A stretch of 64,000 bases of DNA. Source: Octopus sinensis (Eukaryota). The notes under the pieces are model-generated. The model saw only the letters and a list, made by a program, of their open reading frames with translations. It was not told the origin of the DNA and made no database searches. The DNA lies in the NCBI RefSeq assembly GCF_006345805.1, contig NC_043008.1, forward strand, positions 79,112,001 to 79,176,000. Reading direction: 5' to 3'. Below, piece by piece: positions 25,529 to 38,361 of the stretch. The first letter of the stretch is position 1, and each line of letters begins with the position of its first letter. A program made the position numbers and the translations under genes.

Positions 25529-28030
25529 CATCATCATTGTTTAGTGTCCGCTTTCCATGCTAGCATGGGTTGGACGGTTCAACTGGGGTCTGGGAAGCCA
25601 GAAGGCTGCACCAGGCCCAGTCTGATCTGGCAATGCTTCTACGGCTGGATGCCCTTCCTAACGCCAACCACTCCATGAGTGTAGTGGGTGCTTTTACGTG
25701 CCAGACGAGTCTGGCAAACGGCCACGATCGGATGGTGCTTTTTATGTGCCAGACGAGGCTAGCAATGGCCACGAACGGATGGTACTTTTTACGTGCCACC
25801 GGCTCAAGGCCAGTCGGGTTGGCGCTGGCAACGGCCACGTTTGGATGGTTCTCTTACGTGCCACCGGCACTGGTATCTCAGCTGCCATTTCCATTGATCG
25901 ATTTCAATTCTGATTCTCACTTGCCTCAACAGGTCTTCACAAGTAGAGTTTTGTGTCCCAAGAAGGGAAGGTATGCATAAGTGGACTGGCTACATCCCGT
26001 GTAGAAGGCCACGGGTTATGGTCTCACTTGTCCAGCCAGGTCTTCTAACGCACAGCATACTTCCAGAGGTCTCGGTCTCTAGTCATTTCCTCAGTGAGAC
26101 CTAAAGTTCGAAGGTTGTGCTTCACCACCTCGTCCCAAGATTTCCTGGGTCTACCTCTTCCACAGGTTCCCTCAACCGCTAGGGTGTGGAACTTTTTCAC
26201 ACAACTAACTTCATCCATTCTCGCCACATGACCATACCAGCGCAAACGTCTCTCTTGCACACCACATCTCATGCTTCTTAGGTCCAGCTTCTCTCTCAAG
26301 GTACTTACACTCTGTCGAGTATGAACACTGTCATTATACATCCATCGGAGCATACTGGCTTCATTTCTTGCAAGCTTACGCATATCCTCAGCAGTCACGG
26401 CCCATGTTTCACTACCATGTAGCATGGCTGTTAGTACACACGTGTCATACAGTCTGCCTTTTACTCTGAGCGAGAGGCCTTTTGTCACCAGCAGAGGTAA
26501 GAGCTCTCTGAACTTTGCCCAAGCTATTCTTACTCTAGCAGTTACACTTTCAGCACACCCACCCCCGCTACTGACTTGGTCACCTATGTAACGGAAGCTA
26601 TCAACTATTTCTAGTTCTTCTCCCTGGAATGTGGCAGAAGTTGGTCTCAGAGCATTTTCAGTGTTTATTGCTCCTGAGCATCTGCCACATACAAAAACTA
26701 TCTTCGTAGTTAGCCTTCCTTTGACATTGCTGCACCTCTTATGTGTCCATAGCTTACACTTGGTGCATCTTATAGAGTTTCTACCTACACCTTTTCTACA
26801 GATCGAGCAGGGCCATCTACCTGAAGGCGATTGTGATTGGTCTACCTTCCTACTTATTAGGACTTTAGTTTTAGCTATATTGACGCTAAGTCCCTTCGAT
26901 TCTAATCCTTGCTTCCACACCTGAAACTTTTCCTCCAGTTCTGATAGTGACTCAGCAATTAGAACTAGGTCATCAGCATAGAGGAGCTCCCAGGGGCATC
27001 CTGTCTTGAATTCCTCCGTTATTGCCAGGAGGACTATGATAAATAGGAGGGGGCTGAGGACTGAGCCTTGGTGGACCCCTACCTCTACCCGAAATTCTTC
27101 ACTGTACTCGTTGCCAACCCTCACCTTACTAGCAGCGTCCCTGGACATGGCTCGCATAGCTCACACTAACCATTCATCTATCCCTAGTTTCCTCATTGAC
27201 CATCAGATAAGGGATCGGGGTACCCTGTCGAAGGCTTTCTCCATGTCAACGAAAGCCAGGTACAGGGGCTTATCTTTGGCTAGGTATTTCTCCTGCAGCT
27301 GTCTTACCAGGAATATAGCATCAGTGGTACTTTTTCCTGGCACGAACCCAAACTGCATCTCATCTAAACTCACTCTCTAATTAGTTGGGCTATGACCCTC
27401 TCCGCAACCTTCATTACCTGATCCAACAGCTTGATACCTCTGTAATTATTTGTATCTAGGGCATCACCTTTACCTTTGTAGCAGTTGACTATTATGCTGC
27501 TACACCAGTCATTGGGAATGACTCCTTCGTGTATCACCTGATTAACTATATGGGTGACTAGGCTATAGCTGACACTACCAGATATTTTGAGCACCTCTGC
27601 AGTGATGCCTGATGGGCCTGGGGCTTTCCCTGTCTTCATGCTTTTAATTGCCTTAACTACCAAGGAACTGTCATCTCGGATAGTTGGTCCCTCTTTATCC
27701 CATTCATTTTCTTTATTCAGCAACCTTTCATAGTGGCATCTCCAAACCTCTCTCTTTGCATCCTCATTTAGCGCAAGTGAACCATCTTCCATGCGAACAC
27801 ACTTCCCTCCTACCACATCACAATTCTCTCTCACACACTGTCTTGCAACACGAAACACCTCTAGTTTTTGGTCCTCACGGCGCAGAACATTGGCAAATTT
27901 TTTCTTATCTGCTTCCCCTCTGGCTAAATAGACCTGTCTCCTAGCTTCCCTTCAGGCTGTCTGATACACTTCCCTGCTACCTCCGTTCTTCCAGTCCTTC
28001 CAAGCCTGTTTCTTTTGTCTTCTAGCTTCC
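25529..28030 (-). mobile_element. Young PHD-RTE copy, 5'-truncated
   Basis: ORFs 27370-27858 and 26045-27157 are nearly identical to copy 1 (LLYADD, PHD finger, GRGRPRKSW). (CAT)n tail lies next to (TA)n. Confidence 0.95.
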
Positions 28031-29072
28031 CTTTTGGAAGTATATATCTCTTATGATAAAAGGCAGATTTTCTCTGCCTCCCAAACCGTTCATTTTTTAT
28101 ACAATTCTACAATATAGAATTTCTTCAATTGGAATTTACCTATCATTTTACCAAGTAGATTCCATTGGGTCATGGCATGTAAGGTTTTTTCAATTTCACC
28201 CCAAATTAAGCAAGAATTTGAGAAAACTCAATATTTTACGATTTCCCTCTTTCATTTCAAGTGCTTCACTCCTACCATTACCACTACACTTTCTCCTCCT
28301 TTCTCTTTGCAAGTGTGCAACAATTAAAGTGAAAATATTTATATAAAAGGGATGAGCAATTAATACTGGTCATCCTTTTTGCTAGAAGAAGATCCACTAT
28401 GGTCTTATATGCTACACCACTGGTTTTCAATTCATATTAATCAAATTAATATTCAATTTTTCACCCTTATTATGTGTGTGTGTATTAGCAATTCATATGA
28501 AATTGCATCAATGACTTGAACTTGAATAAATGGTTTCACATAAATGGGGATACATTAAAAAGGTTTGTTATTATTATTACTGTTTGATTATTGTAATCAC
28601 GTTTGTTGGTTCCTCATCAGGGAAACGTTGTTGTGTTGCATTTGTTAAATAATTGTAAACCATAACCCTCCCCCTTTCAGGGAAGGGGCTTTGGTTATTG
28701 TTTTAAAATTGAATTGTGTCCCTGTTTGGGGAAATTGACAATATTTTCATACGGAAGCATTTTTGTTAAAATGCCTTCGATAGAAGAAAGTCCAAAAATG
28801 AATTTCGCTGCAGCCGTACACTTCTATACAAGAGGGAGTACAAGATCCAATTGATCGAAATTGCAAGAGACGGGCCTACAATTCCAGTCTATTATATATT
28901 TTGAGTATTGTTATCACTAGCGATATCAAGATATAACTTTCTATTTTGTATTTTATGTGTAGATGTAAATATATATATAGATGTACATGTAATATGTACA
29001 CATATATACATGCATAATATATCTACCCATACACACACACATACATAGGGGCAGGTGTGGCTGTGTGGTAAC

Positions 29073-29978
29073 AAACTACGTTCGAAGATACTGTACTTGA
29101 TATGGGTGGTAGTGCCTTGCCGGTCTATGGCCTACCTTCAACAAACCGGGAAGGCACAAACACTCTGTCTTCACATTTGCTGCGTGAGACATGTTTTAAT
29201 GTTGACGAGCTTGCCGAGTACATAGCCGACAATGAGCCAAAGCTCCTTCCAGAACAGAAGTTCGCTTACAACTCCATTGTTAATTCAGTCCGGGCCAAAG
29301 CTGTGGGGATATTTTTCCTGGACACTCCTGGGGGCACTGGGAAAACTTTTCTCAACAAATTAATATTGGCTGAGATTAGGCGAACACAAGGCATTGCCCT
29401 AGCTGTGGCATCATCTGGAATTGCGGCTACTTTGTTGCCAGGTGGCAGGACAGCTCACTCCACTTTCAAGCTTCCGCTTGACTTAGCGAAGACTGAGACA
29501 CCAACTTGCAACATCAGTAACAGCTCCGATCAGGCAGAAGTCTTCAGACGATGCAAGCTTATCATTTGGGATGAATGCACGATGGCCCACAGAGGTGCTC
29601 TTGAGGCACTAGATAGATCTCTCAGAGACATCAAACACTCTTCAGCTCCGATGGGAGGCATAACACTTCTTCTTTCAGGAGACTTCCGACAAACACTTCC
29701 TGTTATTCCCAAAGGGACTAGAATTGATGCAGTAAGTGCGTGTCTTAAGTCATCCACATTGTGGCCACTGGTGAAGATTCTCAAACTTCACACCAATATG
29801 TGTGCTCATATGCGAAGTAATATCACATCAGCAGCATTTTCTCACACCCTCCTTGCACTTGGCGAAGGCAAAATACCAGGGGATGAAAATGGTAATATTG
29901 CCATCGATTCCATTTGTATCATTGTTAAAACACCTTCTGATTTCAGAGATGCAGTGTTCCCAGATCTACAAGCTAATT
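29073..29978 (+). mobile_element. Helitron helicase fragment (second family)
   Basis: DTPGGTGKT, ASSGIAATLLPGGRTAHSTFKLPL, IIWDECTM, LLSGDFRQTLPVI. Confidence 0.93.
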
Positions 29979-30700
29979 GCATATCCTGCAATTGGGTCTT
30001 CCACATTTTTTTACTGTCGGCTTCTGTGTTGAAGAGTGAATTCGGGCTTGTGTTAGGAGACTTTTCATAGATTTAGGCTGTCTTTTGCTTTTTATGATCA
30101 TGTGTGTTTGGAGGATTGTGTTCATTCTGTGGTCTTTTTTTAGGAGGGGTATGTTGTGGAGGATGGTGCCGAAGGCTTCGTTATTGAGAGGGTTGTGTGT
30201 AGAGATGTATGGTAAGGCTTTTGGTCGTAAGTTTTTCTTTGATTTGGTATGTAAAAAAAATGTAAAAAATGTAAAAAAATGTGGAAGACCCAATTGCGGG
30301 ATATGCGATTATCTAATTGAGGGATCAGAGTTCTCCTTCAAACAGGGACAACGGTTTACAGTGAAAAGCAACTTCACATGTGCTTCGGAGAACCTAATAT
30401 ACTCACTAACCTGCTCCGGGTGTCAAGAGCAGTACGTAGGCCAAACAAAAAATAGTTTGCGTAAAAGAATGGCCCTGCACAGATCCCAGATAAAAATTCC
30501 CCAAAACAGAAAAATAGCTTTCAGCCAACACATAGATACTTGTGCCAACAACAAAACACCAGGCTTCAGGATTTTCCCCCTCTACCAATTTAGGGACGAT
30601 ACAACGAATAAGTAAAGAAACTCTCTTTATTACAAAATACAGGCCACTTCTTAACGGGTCTACGACAAACGATTAATATACCTCAACTTTAGAATAAAAG
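29979..30700 (+). mobile_element. Penelope-like GIY-YIG fragment with 5' inversion (29979-30250 on minus)
   Basis: Plus: KKCGRPNCGIC...FTCASENLIYSLTCSGCQEQYVGQTKNSLRKRMALH. The minus part reads PYISTHNP...KRQPKSMKSLLT..KKCGRPNCRIC. Confidence 0.9.
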
Positions 30701-30834
30701 AAATATACACACACAAATATTACATTCCAAAGAATCCATTACAAATCAGCCCCAATCACAGCTATAATCCATAACATGCCAACTTCAAGTCATACAACAC
30801 CTCACTACTTTCACCCATTCATATTCTCCCTTCT

Positions 30835-31005
30835 CTTTTTTCTTCTTCTTCCTCTTCTTCTTCATCATCATCATTATCATCATCATCGTCGTCATCATCG
30901 TCGTCATCATCATCACCTTCTTCTTCTCCTTCTTCTTCTTCTTCATCATCATCATCATCATCAACATCGTCATCTTCTTCTTCTTCTTCTATTATCTTCT
31001 ATTAT
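30835..31005. repeat. (TCT)n/(TCA)n trinucleotide microsatellite
   Basis: Directly visible. Confidence 0.95.
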
Positions 31006-31059
31006 CATTACATTTGCTTGTATGTATGTATAACAACAATATTAGTAATAATAAAAATA

Positions 31060-32010
31060 AATCTAATCGAAAAGAAAAAAAGAGCGGGTGAATGAACATT
31101 GGAGACAACTCAAGGAAGGTAAAAGCTCATCGATTCTGTACCAACACGCCGAACAGGAACACGGGGGATCAATCAATAACATAGAGATTAAGATATTGTC
31201 CACACATAGAACAGATGCAACAATTAGACAAATTACAGAAGCTACACATATAATAGAAAATAAACCTAGCCTGAATAGAAAACTAGAATGGAGCAATAGC
31301 ACACACCACAACATATGACGATAGAGGATCCCGAAAACGTAATAAATACACAGATAAATAAACAAATAGAAATGAATAACTATATATATGTATATATATC
31401 TATGTATGTATATGTATGTATATATATATATATATGTATATGTGTATATATGTGTGTATATGTATATATATGTATTTTTTTTCGATTAGATTTATTATTA
31501 TTATTACAAATATTGTTGTTATACATACATACAAGCATATGTAATGATAATAATGGGTGGATGTAAACACATGAACAAAATTAGAACAAAAGCAACAACA
31601 ACAAAAACAAAATACAAATTACATGAATGTATATAAACAGAAGATACAAATATTACAGGCATCCCCCCCACACACACACTAAATAAACATAGACGCACAT
31701 AGAGATATAAGCATGCGCAAATGAAGACATACAATAGAAATACAAAATGGCTGACGGTTAGTAAGGAGAGACACAAATAAGTGAGAAGAAAACAAAGGAC
31801 CACTGATGCGGTCACAGGAGTGTGACGAAAGAACTCTGGCCGAAATAAGATTAAGATTAATGTAAAAAATAAATATCACTGAAGCAAAATAACACCAATA
31901 TATAGTGCGTGTGTTTTTATTGGCTAAACTGGCAATATGACCATTCTGAAATATAACAATATCTGTTTCAACACACGACTTCACATAAAAAATCTTGCAC
32001 AACAAATATT
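31060..32010 (+). mobile_element. Penelope-like 3' end (GIY-YIG tail plus terminal repeat)
   Basis: EHWRQLKEGKSSSILYQHAEQEHGG...QITEATHI..PSLN, homologous to 21838-22029, followed by a hammerhead-bearing repeat. Confidence 0.85.
31797..31841 (+). ncRNA. Hammerhead ribozyme-like motif (A9-to-C variant)
   Basis: ggacca CTGATGC g GTCACA ggag TGTGAC GAAA gaa CTC|tggcc. Confidence 0.65.
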
Positions 32011-32015
32011 TAAAC

Positions 32016-32080
<65 letters not shown>

Positions 32081-33237
32081 GTATGTATATTTTTTTATAT
32101 ATTTATGTATACGTATGTATAGTTATACTACAAATTTTGATAAGTATTTATAGTTTTGGTTATGATCACTAATTTTAGCTTATAATTATAAAGGCATGGG
32201 AAAGACTTTATAGTATGTTGAGGGGTTACTATATAAATAAATTTTTATATATTTATTAATCTTGAGATTTTTAGAATATATTTAATAATTAGTGGTTTTT
32301 AATCATTTAAATCATTTAATTTATTTTGTATTAAGTTTCATTTATCATAGTTATTTTATTAAATAATATTATAGTATAGAGAGATTTTACTCTTTATTTG
32401 TGACTTCATTCTATTTACAATGATAAACAAATAATTTTCCCATTCACAATCATTAATAAAACGTAGGTTCCTCACGCGTATTGAATTCTTCAACAATTTA
32501 TTCTTTTTTTGGCTAATAACGTAATTCCAAGAGTATTCTAATAAACGCTGTAAAGATGTTTTCCGTTTCAAAATTTTAGTTCATTGCTAAACCTCGCTAA
32601 GATAAGTATGTATTTATTTAAGATCTTCAAATTGTAAAGTTTAATATTGTATAAGTCTTTGGAGTAATAATATTCCCCTTATGTAAATATCATTGTTTTA
32701 ACTTAGTTATTTCTTTAAATTGATATTCGCTAGTTATTTCCATTGATAATTATATTTATAGTATTTATTCGATACTATATTACTACGAATGGATTATTTC
32801 TAAAAGTATTTTACATAAGATTTCCGAAAGTTCGTTTAAGTTTGTTTATTTGTATTTTGAAATTAGCTATTTCATCTTTAAATATGAAAAATTAAATTTA
32901 TTAGGTTTTTATTATATGTGCATATACATTTATTTATAGAGATTATTTTAGATCTTAATTATATTTATATACATTTATATATTTTCATTGATAATTTATA
33001 TATATTAGTCATTTTTAAATATTTATGTAATTAGATATAGACTAATGCCGATATTAGATTATGGGTGGGTTTCCTACCTTATAAATTAAAATTAATATTT
33101 AACATTATAGTCGATTTTGATATAATCATAATTGTTAAGTTCTATGTTTCTAGTTTGATAATAGAGTTTATTATAAGTATATTTATATCTTAGAAATATT
33201 GTTTAAATATTTCTGATTATATTTTAGATATTTCAAT

Positions 33238-33306
33238 CACCTGAAGACTGACTGTAACCATAACTCGAATTATTACGAATTGGACAGCCATGAAACGATC
33301 GTAGTG
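33238..33306 (+). ncRNA. Hammerhead ribozyme-like motif, degenerate stem II
   Basis: cac CTGAAGA c TGACTGT..(28 nt)..ACAGCCA t GAAA cgatc GTA|gtg, with palindromic ACGATCGT stem III and CAC/GTG stem I. Confidence 0.55.
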
Positions 33307-33536
33307 TTTTAATCATTATCTTTTATTAATCTTTTAATACTTTTAATATATATTTAAAATAATTTAAATTAATTAATTTTATGTATTGGCTTAAGTTTTT
33401 CATTGTTTGATTTGCCTAATAGTGGTTTTATCTCTAATTTAATATAATATAATATTTTACTATGAAATTGGATTCAATCCTAAATCTGATTTTTCCCTGT
33501 AAGTTTGGATTTATTCCCTAATATTTTATTATTAAT

Positions 33537-33571
<35 letters not shown>

Positions 33572-33919
33572 GAGTACAGGACACCACAAATAATCGTAGA
33601 ACTCAACGAGAAACGAAAACATAAAAATAGGAAACAGACTATTTTTAACAATGAAAAAACAGAGCACAAGACAAACAACACAAGGAACATTCCCCTTCAT
33701 CAGCTGTCCCCGGTTCGACTCCATGCGTGTTTCGAAGGTAAGGACAAAGTGAGATAGGGGTTATGAGTGTAACCCACTATGGGATATCATTTATCCAATA
33801 TACTGCCAGTATAGTAAAGTACCCAGAAGGCTAATACATAAATGCTAAGAATTGCAATGCAATTAATTCATTTATTGTATTATATGGGCGAAGGTAAAAC
33901 GTTTTACCTCAAATTCATA

Positions 33920-34341
33920 ATACAAAATAAGAAAATGGAGGAATAGATTTCTTTCAATCATCAACTTCCAGATAATACCAATAAAATGGATCTTACAGCT
34001 GTTTCAGCCTGTAGATAAGAGTATCTCATTATGCCCATATTAGATGTATTGAGGTAATATGCAGTTAAAAATGAGTTACTTATATATATATCTCAAGGCC
34101 TCGTCATCTGACTAATATAGGCATAATGAGATACTCTTATCTACAGGCTGAAACAGCTGTAAGATCCATTTTATATGTATTATTCTTATGGTATTATCTT
34201 ACTTATTGATGTATATTGTTTTATTCTGTTGGATTTAGATGTTCCTATTTAATCTAAATAATTAGTTAATAAATTATATGAATTGGTATTATCTGGAAGT
34301 TGATGATTGAAAGAAATCTATTCCTCCATTTTCTTATTTTG

Positions 34342-34344
<3 letters not shown>
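33920..34344. repeat. Near-perfect fold-back inverted duplication
   Basis: 33920-33982 is the reverse complement of 34282-34344; 33983-34043 is the reverse complement of 34112-34172 with one mismatch. Confidence 0.9.
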
Positions 34345-34397
<53 letters not shown>

Positions 34398-34552
34398 AAA
34401 TGGAAAGATGAATTTTCTTGTTACGGATTATTCAAAAGTTTAACCGATACCTGGGTAGCAAAAATCACAGCAGAAAAAACACGGTTGGAGATAAGACCAT
34501 ATGGTGTTGCAACCCTGTGTTGGTGCGGATAATTGAAGTTTAATATAATTAG

Positions 34553-34617
<65 letters not shown>

Positions 34618-35769
34618 AAGCCTGACTTTTCTTTCATGGTTTGGCTGCCATCCGTGCAACATCTATATTCCCTATGCCTGTGAAATCTAGTATCCCTGCC
34701 ATAAGGCTTTACTTCCACCCACGCCAGCTTAATTTAATTCATGCTTAGTCGAAACACACCTGTTGTTATGTCCTGTTATTTGTATTTGTGTAACCTTCTC
34801 CATTTTTTTCCGTCCTTGTTTCCATATACATTAGTTGCTTTCTTCCAAGGAATCTAATGCTCTTAGCTTAGTTTTTCCTTGGGGCTGGCCAGATTGGAGC
34901 AATCTTGAGTATAACCAGCTGAAATTGAAAAGATAATCTGGAACTCGACTGAGGAAAGAACAGTCCGAATGAGCTGTCCTTGTTTTCCTTGTATCATCTA
35001 TCTTGATGTTTTGTCCCTTTTTTGTATCACCTAACTGTCTCGATATTTTGGGTTCTTGTCCCATTTTGTATTTTTTATATATATAATATACATATATATT
35101 ATATATACAGCAAATAAGAAAATAGAGAGGGTACAAAACAACATACATCATCTGGTAGACATTCCAGTGTGTCTATTTATTCAAAAGTTTTAGAAAGTAT
35201 TAGAAGAAAACATACATATGTAGCAACTATGTGTTACACACACATGTATTAATATTACAGAAAAGAGCAAAAAGTCAGTTCCTTACGGCCATTTCTGCCA
35301 AGAGGCAACGAAATCCTCCATGCCATCTCTATCACTTCAATGTTCTGTAGGGATGGGCGGATAAAGTGTGGATGATGAGTGTGCCTCTAGGCTTCTTCAG
35401 AGGGTCTAAGTGGTTAGGAGGGCTAATACATATAATAAACAGTTAACAATAGGTACAGTGTATGTGTCATTATTAAAAAGGGCAGAAAAAGAATAGGAGC
35501 AAACATGAGGCTTTGAGAGAAGTACAACTTATTAAACTGAATTAGTTATAGAAAGGGGAAATAAGCTACAAACTTCGCGTAATGTATTCCAGGATCCATG
35601 CTACATCATCCAATGGTGGATAGGTGAGTATAGTCATTCTTGGGAGAGGTTTTTAGGAAGCGTGAATTTAGGCAGTAGTTAACACTATGTTTACATAGAA
35701 ATACAGTGGTGGATTTGAGGGTATGATCTGTGTTACAGGGGTGAAAGTTCATATGTAAAGTGCCAGCTA

Positions 35770-37935
35770 ATAGATGTAACATTGCACATGGACATGTTGG
35801 ACAACATGCAGGGAGCTTCCATGGAGTACATGGAACATGGTTTTGGTTCCCACAATGAGGAGGGAACCAGGCTGCTGGAGTTCTGCAATGCAAATGATCT
35901 TATGGTTTGCAATACTAACTTGAAGAAACTTGTCAGTCACCTACCGATCTAGTAGACACACTAACCAAATTGACTACATCCTCACCAGGAAAAAGGAAAG
36001 ATGGCTGCTAATAAATGCCAAAACCTTCCCAGGTGAAGAATGTACCCCACAACATAGACTAGTAGTTAGTGACATCAGGATCAGGGCTAAGTGGACCCAG
36101 AAAACAACCAGCATGGAGGAGAAGGGTCTGGAAGCTTAAAGATCTTGCGAATGGACAGAGATTTAGAGACGCTTTTGACGAAATAGAGGGAGATATAGCA
36201 TCACATGATATGGAAGACAACTGGAGGTTTCTACAGGACAAACTGCCGAGGGCCACTGACCAGATCTGTGGATGGTGAAAAGTCCCCTCCCGATCCAAAG
36301 GTAATGTGGTGGTGGAACAATGTTGTTGACAGGGATATTAGGGAAAAGAAACAGGCTTGGAAGGACTGGAAGCAGGGAATTGTATCAGACTGCCAGAAGG
36401 GAAGCTAGGAGACAGGTTTATTTAGCCAGAGGGGAAGCAGATAAGAAAAAAATTGCCAATGTTCTGCACCATAAGCACCAAAGACTTGAGGTATTTCGTG
36501 TTGCAAGACAGTGTGTGAGAGAGAATTGTGATGTTGTAGGAGAGAAATGTGTCTGCATGGATGATGGTTCACTTGCATTAAATGACTCTGCATAGAGAAA
36601 GGCTTGGAGACACCACTATAAAAGGTTGCTAAATAAGGAGAATGAATGGCAGAAAGAGAGTCTGCCAAATTCCGACCCAACAGAGGGACCAGCTATTCGA
36701 ATTGACAATACCTTGGTAGATAAAGCAATTAAGAGTATGAAGACAGGGAAAGCTCCCGGCCCATCAGGAATCACTGCAGAGATGCTCAAAATATCTGGCG
36801 GTGTCGGCTATAGCTTAGTCACCCATATAGTTAACCAGGTGATACATGACTGGTGTAGCAGTATCATAGTCAACGAACCCAAACTGCATCTCATCTAAAC
36901 TGACTCTCTCCCTAATTAGTTGGGCTATGACCCTCTCTGTGACCTTCATTATCTGATCCAACAACTTGATACCTCTGTAATTACTTGTAGGCGAAATACC
37001 TAGCCAAAGATAAACCTCTGTATCTGGCTTTCGTTGACATGAAGAAAGCTTTTGACAGGGTCCCCCGATCCCTTATCTTGTGGTCAATGAGGAAACTAGG
37101 CATAGATGAATGGTTAGTGAGAGCTGTGCAAGCCATGTACAGGGATGCTGTCAGTAAGGTGAGGGTTGGCAACTAGTACACTGAAGAATTCCGGGTAGAG
37201 GTAGGGGTCCACCAAGGCTCAGTCTTGTGTAGAGAACAGCTTCTGTCACATTCCAGGGAGAAAAACTACAAGTTGTTGATAGCTTCTGTTACCTAGGGGA
37301 CCAAGTCAGTAGTGGGGGTGGATACTTTGAAAGTGTAGCTGCTAGAATAAGAATAGCCTGTGCCAAGTTCAGAGAGCTCCTACCTCTGCTAGTGACAAAG
37401 GGCCTCTCGCTCAGAGTAAAAGGTATGACATGTGTACGAACAGCCATGCTACATGGCAGTGAAACATGGGCCATGACTGCTGAGGGCATGCATAAGCTTG
37501 CAAGGAACAAGTATGCTCCGATAGATGTGTAATGTCAGTGTACATACATGACAGAGTGTAAACACCCTGAGAGAAAAGTTGGATTTAAGAAGCATCAGAT
37601 GTGGTGTGAAAGGGAGACAACTGTGCTGGTATGGTCATGTGTTGCAAATGAATGAAGACAGCTGTGTGTAAAAGTATCACACGGTAGCAGTTGGGGGAAC
37701 CTGTGGAAAAGGTAGATCCAGGATGACCTGGGATGAGGAGGTGAAGCATGACCTTCGAACATTGGGCTTACCAAGGTAATGACTAACGACTGAGACCTTT
37801 GGAGATATGCTGTGCTTGAGAAGACCCAACAAGCCAAGTGAGACGATAGCCTGTGGCCTATGCCAGTGGGTGTAACCAGCCCACTTATGAATACTCCTCA
37901 TTCATTGGACAATAAACTTTGCTTGCAAAGACCTA
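35770..37935 (+). mobile_element. Older PHD-RTE copy with an internal inversion (36875-36990) and deletion of the RT5/PHD segment near 37225
   Basis: Homologous to copy 1 from the endonuclease (GHVG..NEEGTRLLEFC) to the 3'UTR. Confidence 0.9.
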
Positions 37936-37959
37936 TTGCGGCAAGTGAAATCAAATCAT

Positions 37960-38355
37960 ATCAAAATTGCTGACTTGGCCACACCTGATTGGCACTCATA
38001 CCAGTGGAACGTTAAAAGCACATCTGAACATGATCATTGCCAGGGCCATGGACTGGCTCCCATGCTGGCTGCACATAAAAAACAACACTGAAGCGTGGTC
38101 ATTTCTAGTGCCGCCAGACTGGTTCTCGTGCAGATAGCATGTAAAAAACACCTTTTGAGCATGGTCATTGTCAGAACCACGTGACTGGTCCTCATGCCAG
38201 TGGCATGTAAAAGTACCCACTACACTATCGGAGTGACTGGTGTTAGGAAGGGCATCCAGCTGCAGAAACTTTGCCAGATCAGATTGAGCCTAGTGCAGCC
38301 TTCTGGCTCACCAGTCCTCAGTCAAACCATCCAACCCATGCCAGCATGATGATGA
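37960..38355 (+). mobile_element. PHD-RTE 3'UTR/tail segment
   Basis: aaaagtacccactacac...ccaacccatgccagcatgatgatgat. Confidence 0.8.
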
Positions 38356-38361
38356 TATATA

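Noticed and set aside
28590-28630. CTGATGAGG on minus near AAACGT
   Set aside because: No GAAA core and no stem I.
33681-33745. Permuted hammerhead-like words on minus (CGAAAC...GTC...CTGATGAAGG)
   Set aside because: Stems I and III cannot be formed convincingly.
34944-34980. CTGAGGA...GAA motif in a repeat also seen at about 50612-50645
   Set aside because: Lacks the complete GAAA plus NUH arrangement and stem I; not supportable as a ribozyme.
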